IMG/VR virus record: IMGVR_UViG_3300027851_000013
Origin: an uncultured virus (IMG/VR IMGVR_UViG_3300027851_000013)
Lineage: Duplodnaviria; Heunggongvirae; Uroviricota; Caudoviricetes
DNA: 64,000 nt
Direction: 5' to 3' (one strand)
In this document: in pieces, positions 1 through 8,373 of the stretch
How positions within the stretch are numbered: position 1 is the first letter of the stretch
Layout of the letters: each line of letters begins with the position of its first letter
The notes under the pieces: generated by a model
What the model was told of the DNA's origin: nothing
Databases searched by the model: none
What the model saw: only the letters and a program-made list of their open reading frames with translations
Made by a program: the position numbers and the translations under genes

Positions 1-85
1 GTTATGGCGTGCGTTCTTCTCTCATGTAGAAGCTTCGGTTCCCCTACAGGACGCGGCCAACCAGTTTGGCGCTCGTATAGATGAC

Positions 86-610
86 TTGGAATTTATAGTG
101 TCTGTCTTAGGGACGGAAAAACCTAAATGGGTAAAGTACCCTAAAGACAAGCCCTTAGTGATAAAAACAAAGAGAAGAGTTAGAAAGCTGAAGGGAAACA
201 CAATACAGGGAACCTCTATGAACATTTCTACTCCCTCTCTTCCTCCTGATAGTGTAGATCTTATGTCTGTTCTTTCTCGCATAGATGAGCAGACTGGATC
301 TACCACCTTTTCTCGTGTCGCTTCTGCTTTCATCTGTCGCCTTGTAGAGTCCAAATCTTTTAGGTCCGCCTCTAAAAAGGCTTTGGCCGCAGGTGCTTCA
401 CCCGACGACTTGGATCTTGTATCTTCGTTTGCTCTCTCCGATTCTTTGGTTTGGAAAGCTTTCTGCTATCATTCTTACTACATAGGCGTTTCTCCTCAGG
501 ATTCTGCTCGTAAATTTGGAGTACCGGTACAGCACCTATCTGCTCTACTGAGCTACAAGCCGTTGGCTTATGTGTTTGAGTGGTCTTCTTGGCCTGATGA
601 CCTGGAGTAA
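86..610 (+). CDS. hypothetical protein (start uncertain)
   Basis: ORF co-directional and tightly packed with the next gene. Confidence 0.5.
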   Translation: MEFIVSVLGTEKPKWVKYPKDKPLVIKTKRRVRKLKGNTIQGTSMNISTPSLPPDSVDLMSVLSRIDEQTGSTTFSRVASAFICRLVESKSFRSASKKALAAGASPDDLDLVSSFALSDSLVWKAFCYHSYYIGVSPQDSARKFGVPVQHLSALLSYKPLAYVFEWSSWPDDLE

Positions 611-613
611 CCT

Positions 614-1153
614 ATGAACAGAGAAGATAGCTGGTTCACACTGTATAGCGGAGCCAGGTTTTACCCATTTAGGGACAACCTACAGGCCTCTATAGACATA
701 CACGATATAGCTACCGCCCTATCCAAGCTTTGCCGATTCAACGGTCACTGTAGATTATTTTACTCCGTGGCAGAGCACAGCGTGCATTGCTCTAAATACG
801 TCTCTCCCGAAAACGCCTTAGCAGCTCTTCTTCACGACGCAACTGAGGCATATGTCGGAGATCTTATTAGACCCATCAAAAGATTTATGCCAGACTTTGA
901 GGAATTAGAGGCTCGCATATGGGAATCCATAGCTCGTAAGTTCGGCCTTCCGTTGGACCTTCCGGAAGAGGTGCATGAGGCAGATAACTCTGTTCTTATG
1001 GCAGAAGCCAGAGATCTTCTGTACCCCGTTGGAGAGTTGAAGTTTTCCTACCTGAATGCCAGCCCTCCTCCAGGGCTAAATGTTAATGACCCACTTCTTC
1101 CAGCGCAAGCCCAGGAACTTTTTCTTACCCGGTTTGAAGAGCTTACTCGATGA
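614..1153 (+). CDS. HD-domain phosphohydrolase (YfbR/5'-deoxynucleotidase-like)
   Basis: RFNGH...YSVAEHS...ALLHDATEAYVGD motifs. Confidence 0.85.
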   Translation: MNREDSWFTLYSGARFYPFRDNLQASIDIHDIATALSKLCRFNGHCRLFYSVAEHSVHCSKYVSPENALAALLHDATEAYVGDLIRPIKRFMPDFEELEARIWESIARKFGLPLDLPEEVHEADNSVLMAEARDLLYPVGELKFSYLNASPPPGLNVNDPLLPAQAQELFLTRFEELTR

Positions 1154-1419
1154 AGAAGACCTTAGACGGTAGAAAGGTACACGTAAGTTCTTCTATGCTG
1201 TCCATGTCTTCTGTCAAAGACACGCGAGATAGACAGGTCTTTAGGGGCACATTTGATCCTGACAACGATCACAGGGGTGTGCTAATATTCATAGACTTCT
1301 TTCCTGAAGAATCGTTTCCTCACCTTTGTCGTTATATCTTTGTTCGAGACAACGGCTATCCTGAAGTCGTGGACTCTATTTTTGATCCTTCACTTGACAT
1401 ACACTTTCGTATCGTGTAG
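1150..1419 (+). CDS. hypothetical protein
   Basis: ATGA overlap with the upstream gene. Confidence 0.55.
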   Translation: MKKTLDGRKVHVSSSMLSMSSVKDTRDRQVFRGTFDPDNDHRGVLIFIDFFPEESFPHLCRYIFVRDNGYPEVVDSIFDPSLDIHFRIV

Positions 1420-1422
1420 TAT
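1394..1422 (+). promoter_or_regulatory. sigma70-like promoter for tRNA-Glu
   Basis: TTGACA-17 nt-TAGTAT, ending 5 nt before the tRNA. Confidence 0.6.
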
Positions 1423-1427
1423 TTCTT

Positions 1428-1503
1428 GGCTCCATCGTCTAGAGGCCTAGGACCGCGCCCTTTCACGGCGTTAACACGGGTTCAAATCCCGTTGGAGTCA
1501 CCA
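1428..1503 (+). tRNA. tRNA-Glu(UUC)
   Basis: Cloverleaf, anticodon loop CT-TTC-AC, GGTTCAAATCC T arm, encoded CCA. Confidence 0.95.
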
Positions 1504-1544
1504 AAACATATCGGGGCATAGCTGAGCTTGGTTATGGTATTTCT

Positions 1545-1982
1545 GTGAAACGTTGTTTAGTTTGTAACGTGGAAAAGCCAATAGACGAATTTCCTTATCT
1601 TACAAAGAGAAACAGGCATCTCTCTAAATGTAGAGAGTGCAAGAGATCCTACGACCGTAGGTATTGGAGTGGTACCAAGGAACTGAGGTTGGCAAGAAAG
1701 CAGTCTAACTTTGCTAAGTTGAGGATGCGAAATACCGAGTATATACTCAACATACTAAAAACCAATCCGTGTGCTTCTTGTGGCGAATCCGACCCCATAG
1801 TACTTGACTTTGACCACCTAGACCCTTCTACTAAGATAGAAAACGTGTCAAACCTTGTAGGTAGTGGCTGTTCTCTTAGAAGGATAAAAGAAGAAGTGAA
1901 AAAGTGTCAAATATTATGTGCCAACTGCCATAGAAGAAAAACAGCCAGAGAAAGGGGATACATTAGAATAAGTGCTCTGTAA
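1545..1982 (+). CDS. HNH homing endonuclease
   Basis: N-terminal CxxC pairs, then CASCG...LDFDH...CQILCANCHR. Confidence 0.85.
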   Translation: MKRCLVCNVEKPIDEFPYLTKRNRHLSKCRECKRSYDRRYWSGTKELRLARKQSNFAKLRMRNTEYILNILKTNPCASCGESDPIVLDFDHLDPSTKIENVSNLVGSGCSLRRIKEEVKKCQILCANCHRRKTARERGYIRISAL

Positions 1983-1991
1983 ATTACACAT

Positions 1992-2066
1992 CGAGGTGTA
2001 GGCTAACGGTCAGTCGCTAGTTTTGGGAACTAGATCAAGCAGGTTCGACTCCTGTCACCTCGACCA
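1992..2066 (+). tRNA. tRNA-Pro(UGG)
   Basis: CGAGGTG/CACCTCG acceptor, CTAGT-TTTGGGA-ACTAG anticodon arm, CCA. Confidence 0.9.
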
Positions 2067-2127
2067 TAAGATTAGGACAGACACAACGTCAGTTCGAATC
2101 TGGCTGCCCCGACCATATATGGTATTC

Positions 2128-2442
2128 ATGGAAAACGATTACCATATACTTAGACAGATAGTAAGCGCTGTGAGCGATCTTACAACTCGCCATTCCAACG
2201 GAGTGGAAAAGGGTTTCCTTCTTTCCTTCTCTATGTGTTTAGACGCCCTTTTAGAGTCACATGGTGATCCGTCTTCTTTCTCTTCTCTTAGAAGAAAATT
2301 TGATGGACTTCCCTCTTCTGGCAAGTCTGGCGTACTTTACTTGTCCTTACTATCGGTGTGCGACCTGGCCGTCTGTTTTTCTACAGAAGGCGCAGAAAAA
2401 TTGACTCTTTCCTTACTGTCTCTTAGACCCTCTTCCAACTAG
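2128..2442 (+). CDS. hypothetical protein (start moved to the ATG after the tRNA remnant)
   Basis: ORF; the longer 2023 start overlaps tRNAs. Confidence 0.5.
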   Translation: MENDYHILRQIVSAVSDLTTRHSNGVEKGFLLSFSMCLDALLESHGDPSSFSSLRRKFDGLPSSGKSGVLYLSLLSVCDLAVCFSTEGAEKLTLSLLSLRPSSN

Positions 2443-2484
2443 TTTCTTGTAAAAGACTCACCTACACCTAACAGGAGCCTGTCC

Positions 2485-3243
2485 ATGTCCTTGTCAAAGA
2501 GCGACTACGCCAAACTTCAATCTCTGTTGATTGAAGCCATAGTAAAGAGAAATTACTACGTCAGTCTAAAAAATGGGCCTATTCTAAACCTTGATGAAAT
2601 CAGAGGAATGTTGATGTTGATGGGGCTTAACAGCCTCGACGAAGTGGAGTCACATGACTCCTACAAGGGCATAGCTGTGCCCTCTTCTGATACACTAACT
2701 TCACCCTCTCCACAAGAGAACAGCACTCCTAGCTCCTCCTCTGAAGAAAAGGAATCTAGTGATTCTAAGAAGGGAAGAGGACGCCCTCGAAAGAATCCTG
2801 TAGAAGTTCCTTCGGACGAGGAAGAGGATACTCCGTCCGTCGCTACAAAGGCAACAACCACTGAGCCTTTGACTAAAAAGTCAGCAGCTCCCTCTCCTCA
2901 GGACGAGGATGAGGACGAGGATGAGGACGAGGAATCTCCGCCGAAAAAGGCTTCGAAAGCCCCCACAAAGAAAACTGCGCCGCCTCCTTCCGATGATGAG
3001 GATGAGGACGAGGATGAGGACGAGGAGGAACCTCCCCGCAAAGCCGTCAAGGTGTCCAAAGCCCCTCCTAAGAAGGTCGTTGAGGATGATGAGGATGACG
3101 AAGACGACGAAGAGGATGACATTCCTCCGCCGCGTAAAGCGCCTACCAAGCCTCTTGCCAAGGCGCCCGTCAAATCCAAGGCCCCAGTAGACGAAGATGA
3201 CGACGATGACTTCGATGACTGGGACGACGAAGAGGACGACTGA
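2485..3243 (+). CDS. acidic low-complexity protein with repeated DEDEDEDE and KKAP blocks
   Basis: RBS AGGAG; AT-hook-like KGRGRPRK; internal duplications. Confidence 0.75.
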   Translation: MSLSKSDYAKLQSLLIEAIVKRNYYVSLKNGPILNLDEIRGMLMLMGLNSLDEVESHDSYKGIAVPSSDTLTSPSPQENSTPSSSSEEKESSDSKKGRGRPRKNPVEVPSDEEEDTPSVATKATTTEPLTKKSAAPSPQDEDEDEDEDEESPPKKASKAPTKKTAPPPSDDEDEDEDEDEEEPPRKAVKVSKAPPKKVVEDDEDDEDDEEDDIPPPRKAPTKPLAKAPVKSKAPVDEDDDDDFDDWDDEEDD

Positions 3244-3249
3244 CCTAGC

Positions 3250-3296
3250 GCTGCAATAGAAAGAGCCCCTCAAAAAGGGGCTCTTTCTATTGCAGC
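3250..3296. terminator. perfect 21-bp inverted repeat, likely bidirectional terminator
   Basis: GCTGCAATAGAAAGAGCCCCT-caaaa-AGGGGCTCTTTCTATTGCAGC just after the stop codon. Confidence 0.7.
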
Positions 3297-3313
3297 AACC
3301 CTGCTCATACTAG
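3297..3313 (+). promoter_or_regulatory. putative phage promoter motif AACCCTG-NN-CATA (copy 1)
   Basis: Seven similar copies, all between genes or at gene ends. Confidence 0.6.
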
Positions 3314-3345
3314 ATGGGAGTACGCTTTCTTTCACAGGAGTATCC

Positions 3346-3753
3346 GTGTTTGATCTACTAGAACCTATGATTAGTTTTTCTTCGCAGAGACTTGACCACT
3401 GTTGGATGTGTGTCGAATGCCGCACCATCTTTGACGTCAAGTGTGCGTGTGCAGTTTGTGGGGCAGATAACTTTGTCCCTTATGTGGATAGGAGGCCCCT
3501 CCTTCTCTCTAAGGAGGTTAGGAATGCAGTAGTTAATCTCATCGACGAAATTGCAGATACGCTATCAGACCTAGACTTAGACTCCCAGTGTTTTTACACT
3601 AGTGAATACATGCCATTCCTCAGTGGTCTCTTAGACGAGGCAGCACATGCCTCCGAAGTTAGGAAATCCGGGTCCACGGGATATCGTACTACATCTTTGT
3701 CCGTGGAAGAGCTTCTGCCTCTCTTTAGATCTATGAAGAAACCCTGCAGGTGA
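3346..3753 (+). CDS. hypothetical protein with CxxC zinc ribbon
   Basis: CVEC...CAVCG. Confidence 0.55.
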   Translation: MFDLLEPMISFSSQRLDHCWMCVECRTIFDVKCACAVCGADNFVPYVDRRPLLLSKEVRNAVVNLIDEIADTLSDLDLDSQCFYTSEYMPFLSGLLDEAAHASEVRKSGSTGYRTTSLSVEELLPLFRSMKKPCR

Positions 3754-3960
3754 ACACATGTCAGATTGCTGCCGTGCCTCCTCCGTTGGTTCAGATAAGA
3801 AGCTTTTTGACGACTTGCTGTCAGTTTTGAGCCGCCTTTCTGCTCGTCCCCTTGATAAAGTTCTCATGGACATGAGCGTAGGAACAAAGTTGGCTGCTTA
3901 CACTCGTTTAGTTGAGGAGGCTAAAAGAATAGCTGAAGCCTTAGAGGAAATGGGGCACAC

Positions 3961-4521
3961 ATGAATTCAGTTGAAAACTCGATTCAAAAACTCAGAGAAC
4001 TGCTAGTAAAGTGCGGGTACAACAGAACTCACCACGCAGCAGTTTTACTTGCTAGATTGCGTAAGGCCGTAAAAGTTTCTGCCACCAAAACAGGAGTGTC
4101 TATGTCTAATGATGTCGTACGCCACTATGAGGAGTTACGTAGCCGTTTACTTCTAGACGGATTTGACCCAAACAGCAAAGTCATGAAGACAGTAGACCGA
4201 CTTAGACTTTCTCTACTGGAAGACGGATTTGACATGACATCCCCTGACGTTTCTCCTCCACTTTCTGAGGAGGCGCCAGAACACGAAAACGATTCCGTAT
4301 CGCAGTCTACTACTATAATTAAGGCTTTTCGAGCCGCACACCCACATGACATTTCTGTGTTGCAGGGTGTGTTTTCTTCCATCTCTGGTTGGAAATTCAG
4401 AGTGGTACACTCTAAGACTGCTGGTCCTTCTTTCGTGGTTGTACACAACCATCCCTCCATTACTCCCTCTCACGTAAAGGAGGCTATAAAAACTTACTTG
4501 TCTGAGGTTGGATCGCCATGA
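3961..4521 (+). CDS. hypothetical protein
   Basis: Member of a chain of overlapping ORFs. Confidence 0.55.
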   Translation: MNSVENSIQKLRELLVKCGYNRTHHAAVLLARLRKAVKVSATKTGVSMSNDVVRHYEELRSRLLLDGFDPNSKVMKTVDRLRLSLLEDGFDMTSPDVSPPLSEEAPEHENDSVSQSTTIIKAFRAAHPHDISVLQGVFSSISGWKFRVVHSKTAGPSFVVVHNHPSITPSHVKEAIKTYLSEVGSP

Positions 4522-5066
4522 CAGACACCTCTGTAGGAAACCTGTCGTTCGACCACTACACTCTAGAGACAGACGCGGAAAAGAATCTGGTTTCTTTGGA
4601 GGCTTCTCTTTTAGTCGCTGGGTACCATCCTTCTTCTGACACTATTCGCATACTTCATAAGCTAAAAAGGTCAATGAAGCGCAACAGGGTCAGGAGATAC
4701 TCTTTTTCTGTTCATCCCGTGGTAGTCACGTCCAAGCAAAGCACTCCTCCCTCTGCGGAACTCTGTTCTGATACCGAGGAGTTGTTCTTGGTAAGGGATA
4801 TAGTGGAAAAGTGTACAGGATTTGGAGTCAAATCCTACAAAAACAAAGTAACTAGCAGCGGACACAACCTCACAACATTTGTTCTGGCAGGTCCCTGTGT
4901 TGATCTTCTGTTTGACCCCGACTCACCTCTTCTTAGGGAACATTTGGCTTCATCCGTGCTAGAACACACAAAGAGTTCTCTTTCTTCTTTTTGCGTAGGC
5001 TCTACGTCTATTTCTAAGAAGGGTGACATGGTAGGAGTCAAAGTTCAGTGCGTGTACAGAAAGTAG
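4518..5066 (+). CDS. hypothetical protein
   Basis: ATGA overlap. Confidence 0.55.
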   Translation: MTDTSVGNLSFDHYTLETDAEKNLVSLEASLLVAGYHPSSDTIRILHKLKRSMKRNRVRRYSFSVHPVVVTSKQSTPPSAELCSDTEELFLVRDIVEKCTGFGVKSYKNKVTSSGHNLTTFVLAGPCVDLLFDPDSPLLREHLASSVLEHTKSSLSSFCVGSTSISKKGDMVGVKVQCVYRK

Positions 5067-5070
5067 TAAC

Positions 5071-5448
5071 GTGGCTAAAAAGAAGACTCCTCTGGCCTCC
5101 TCCATAGCTAAAGAGTGGGATGTCTCGATAGCAGCGAATGACTTGGTCGTTCTTCTATCGGATAGTGCGCCACATGTTTACCTTGTATTGGCTGTGTACC
5201 CCCGTATGGTTATGGAGCACGATCTCTACAATTCACCCAGTCTTTTGTCAAAGGGGTACAAACCGGGAGACGACCTTCCTCCACTGGTACACATTCGTAG
5301 AGTACGTATGGCCCCATTCTGGGACGCAATTCCTCCTGGACATACAGTAGACCGAAAAGTAGATGCCTTTGCTTTGTCAAAAATAACAAAAGAGCAAATA
5401 CGTTCTGTCATGGAAAACCTGGTCTCCATGATGCTGTCAATTTCTTGA
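5071..5448 (+). CDS. hypothetical protein
   Basis: Packed ORF. Confidence 0.55.
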   Translation: MAKKKTPLASSIAKEWDVSIAANDLVVLLSDSAPHVYLVLAVYPRMVMEHDLYNSPSLLSKGYKPGDDLPPLVHIRRVRMAPFWDAIPPGHTVDRKVDAFALSKITKEQIRSVMENLVSMMLSIS

Positions 5449-5490
5449 GCAAATCGCTATGTACGACATCTGATTGCGGGCAGGTATCAC

Positions 5491-6423
5491 ATGAATTTTT
5501 CTATCGATGACCACACCATCTATTTGACGGTTCACGGAAGTAGGGCCTACGGAACCAACCTAGATACCTCCGACACAGATTTCAGAGGAATAGCTATTCC
5601 ACCTAAGGAATACTTTTTAGGTTATTCTTTCGTTTTCGAGCAAAACGAGCAGCACGACCCTAACGACAAGGTAGTATTTGATATAAGAAAGTTCTTTAGG
5701 CTGGCCTCCGACTGCAACCCAAATGTGGTAGAGATACTATACACCGACCCTTCTAATCAAATTAAGGTCGATAAGTTAGGTGAAAGGCTTCTGGAAAACC
5801 GAGAACTATTCCTATCCAGAAAAGCTCGCTATACGTTTGCAGGGTATGCACACTCGCAGCTTAAGAGAATCAAGACCCACAGGTCTTGGCTTCTGTCCCC
5901 TCCAAAAGGCAAGCCTCTGCGCTCTGACTTTGGTCTTCCAGAGGAGGGAAATAAGATCGTTAGTGGGTCCACTATGGGTGCCTTTGACGAGTTGTCCTCC
6001 TCAGGCTATTCCTTTGGAAGTGACGTGATGCAGGTTATCCAAAAGGAAAAGCAGTACGCCAGCGCTCTTCATCATTGGCAGCAGTATGAAAAATGGCAGA
6101 AGAACAGAAATAAAGATAGAGCTGCCCTGGAGGCTCAGCATGGCTTTGATACTAAGCACGCTCTTCATTTGATAAGGCTGCTTAGGATGTGTGTCGAAAT
6201 TCTGTCGGGTAAGGGGGTCATTGTTCGACGTCCTGACTTCGAGGATCTTCTGGCCATTCGTCGCGGAGAGTGGACCTACGATAAACTGATAGAGGAAGCC
6301 GAATCCCTGGATGCTGAGGCGGCGCGTCTCTACGAGTCTTCGCCCCTGCCAAAGAACCCTCCTGTACACAAGCTAGATGCCCTTTGTATCTCGTTGGTGG
6401 AGGAGTGGCTATCTAGAAAGTGA
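5491..6423 (+). CDS. Pol-beta superfamily nucleotidyltransferase (RlaP/YcgL-like)
   Basis: GSRAYGT...SDTDFRG, NPNVVEIL, and DTKHALHLIRLL motifs. Confidence 0.85.
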   Translation: MNFSIDDHTIYLTVHGSRAYGTNLDTSDTDFRGIAIPPKEYFLGYSFVFEQNEQHDPNDKVVFDIRKFFRLASDCNPNVVEILYTDPSNQIKVDKLGERLLENRELFLSRKARYTFAGYAHSQLKRIKTHRSWLLSPPKGKPLRSDFGLPEEGNKIVSGSTMGAFDELSSSGYSFGSDVMQVIQKEKQYASALHHWQQYEKWQKNRNKDRAALEAQHGFDTKHALHLIRLLRMCVEILSGKGVIVRRPDFEDLLAIRRGEWTYDKLIEEAESLDAEAARLYESSPLPKNPPVHKLDALCISLVEEWLSRK

Positions 6424-6432
6424 TAGTTTGTC

Positions 6433-7455
6433 ATGTCATCCCAGCTACTGACACGAGAAGAATTTAAGTCACAGGTTTTTACCCGTGACTCTCATAGGTG
6501 CGTTCTCTGTTCTAGTCCTGCTGTTGACGCCCATCACATTATAGAGCGCAAGCTATGGCCTGACGGTGGGTATTATCTAGACAACGGAGCTTCAGTGTGT
6601 GCTTCTTGTCATCTGCTTTGCGAAGAAACAAAAGTATCTTGCGAAACTCTAAGAGAAAAGTGCGGAATAAGAAAAGTCATTCTGCCTCCTCATTTCGATT
6701 CCTCGTCTCGATTTGATAAGTGGGGCAATGTGTATTTATCCTCCGGGCTCAGAACTCCGGGTGAGTTGTTTTTTGAGGAGCAGGTTCAGAAGATTCTTTC
6801 TGATTCCTTACACGAATTCACTCACATAATAAAATACCCCAGGACTTATCACTTGCCATGGTCGCCTGGTGCTACAAGCGATGATAAGACGCTGGAGTCA
6901 GTCAGCCAGTTTGAGGGTAGGGAAGTAGTGGTTACGGCCAAAATGGATGGCGAGAACTCCTCTCTTTATAGGGACCACATACATTCACGGTCATTATCCT
7001 ACACGCCTCATGAATCTAGGAATCTTCTCAAATCTCTTTGGTCCCAGATCAGGTATGATATACCCGATAGATGGAGAGTTTGTGGAGAAAACCTTACTGC
7101 AGTTCATTCCATAGCATACACAAACCTATCTCACTTCTTTCAAGTTTTCTCCATATGGAATGAATGGAATGTGTGTCTCTCTTGGGATGACACTGTGTCA
7201 TGTGCTGACATGCTTGGGTTACGCACTGTTCCTGTTCTATACCGAGGAATCTGGAACGAAAACGTACTCAAAGAAATCGACGTGTCTTCTTTGGACGGAG
7301 ATCCATGCGAGGGTTACGTTGTTAGAGTGGCATCAGATTTCAAATACTCTGAGTTTCGTCGTTTAGTAGGCAAGTTCGTTCGGAACAACCATGTTCAAAC
7401 AGATCAGCACTGGATGAGAAAAGCTGTTACGTTTAATGGATGGGTCGAAGGATGA
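6433..7455 (+). CDS. ATP-dependent RNA ligase with N-terminal HNH-like zinc domain
   Basis: KYPRTYHLPWS; motif I KMDGEN, III CGEN, IIIa FQVFSI, IV EGYVVR, V KFVR; N-terminal CxxC..DAHHI..CxxCH. Confidence 0.85.
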   Translation: MSSQLLTREEFKSQVFTRDSHRCVLCSSPAVDAHHIIERKLWPDGGYYLDNGASVCASCHLLCEETKVSCETLREKCGIRKVILPPHFDSSSRFDKWGNVYLSSGLRTPGELFFEEQVQKILSDSLHEFTHIIKYPRTYHLPWSPGATSDDKTLESVSQFEGREVVVTAKMDGENSSLYRDHIHSRSLSYTPHESRNLLKSLWSQIRYDIPDRWRVCGENLTAVHSIAYTNLSHFFQVFSIWNEWNVCLSWDDTVSCADMLGLRTVPVLYRGIWNENVLKEIDVSSLDGDPCEGYVVRVASDFKYSEFRRLVGKFVRNNHVQTDQHWMRKAVTFNGWVEG

Positions 7456-7555
7456 CCTAAATTTTGGTTATATTCTTTTTTGGTGGATAGGAATCCACAT
7501 ACAGTACTGTAAATAGAGACTGTTCTAGTCAACGTGACTAGAGAAAGGCATCATC

Positions 7556-8278
7556 ATGACAAATCCGAACTACACTCACATCTCCATTCTTATCGACGAG
7601 AGCGGCTCCATGCAGCACCTGGCCGCGGACACCATAGGAGGATTCAACTCTTTTATTGAGGAACAGCGCTTGGTGGAGGGAAAGGCCACCGTTTCTGTCC
7701 ATACCTTTTCTACCCGAAGGAAAACTCTTTCTTCCATGGTTCCAATAAAAGAGGCAACCTTGCTCGATCGCGCTTCTTACTCCCCCAGCGGAGGGACTGC
7801 CCTAAACGACGCTTTGGGGCAGTCTATAATCGACCTAGGAAAAGATCTTTCGGATCTTCCCGAGGAAGATCGCCCAGGTAAGGTTCTTTTTATTGTAATC
7901 ACGGATGGGGAAGAAAACTCGTCTTGCTCTTTTTCGAAGGAGCAGGTAAAATCCATGGTTGAGCAGCAGGAATCTATCTATAAGTGGAACTTTATCTACC
8001 TCGGAGCTAACGTAGATAGTTTTGCAGAAAGTTCTTCCATAGGAATAAGAGGGGCTAACACTCTTAACTACGACGCCTCTGCGGAGGGTATACGTGGTAC
8101 GTACACCGTACTTTCGGGAAGTATAGGCTCCTCCAGGATTCACGCGAAATCCGATGCCTCACTCTCTTTCTACGGCCAAGCATCTGATGTAGAGGCAGCC
8201 CGAGGTATAGACTTCGATCAGGTATTCAAGATTCAGAGCGCCACTAACGGAGATCAGGACCCCGGTTCTACCCCCTGA
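7556..8278 (+). CDS. vWA-domain protein
   Basis: MIDAS motifs DESGSM, GGTALNDA, ITDGEEN. Confidence 0.9.
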   Translation: MTNPNYTHISILIDESGSMQHLAADTIGGFNSFIEEQRLVEGKATVSVHTFSTRRKTLSSMVPIKEATLLDRASYSPSGGTALNDALGQSIIDLGKDLSDLPEEDRPGKVLFIVITDGEENSSCSFSKEQVKSMVEQQESIYKWNFIYLGANVDSFAESSSIGIRGANTLNYDASAEGIRGTYTVLSGSIGSSRIHAKSDASLSFYGQASDVEAARGIDFDQVFKIQSATNGDQDPGSTP

Positions 8279-8281
8279 TGG

Positions 8282-8306
8282 AAGCCCCCTTATTGGGGGC
8301 TTTTTT
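8282..8306 (+). terminator. intrinsic terminator
   Basis: AAGCCCCCT-tatt-GGGGGCTT followed by a T run. Confidence 0.75.
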
Positions 8307-8327
8307 GTAGCCATCCTAGAACGAAAC

Positions 8328-8345
8328 GAACCCTGCTCATAGTAT
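8328..8345 (+). promoter_or_regulatory. putative phage promoter motif (copy 2)
   Basis: GAACCCTGCTCATAGTAT upstream of the 8374 ORF. Confidence 0.6.
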
Positions 8346-8373
8346 AGACCCACCCCGCAAAAGGGAGGCTTAA

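Larger units (their letters stand above)
1512..2115 (+). pseudogene. split tRNA-Pro-like gene (5' half about 1512-1545, 3' half about 2071-2115) enclosing an HNH gene and an intact tRNA-Pro
   Basis: 5' CGGGGCA-TAGCTGAGCTTGGTTA pairs with the 3' GTCAGTTCGAATCTGGC-TGCCCCG-ACCA. Confidence 0.75.

Noticed and set aside
1535..2090. Group I intron in the split tRNAs
   Set aside because: No P7 or other catalytic core sequence was recognised and the non-coding flanks of the HNH ORFs are too short; a covariance search is needed to exclude it fully.
2881..3273. Minus-strand and alternate-frame ORFs (poly-Ser, Leu/Val-rich, MRTRMR)
   Set aside because: Shadows of the low-complexity acidic gene on the + strand.
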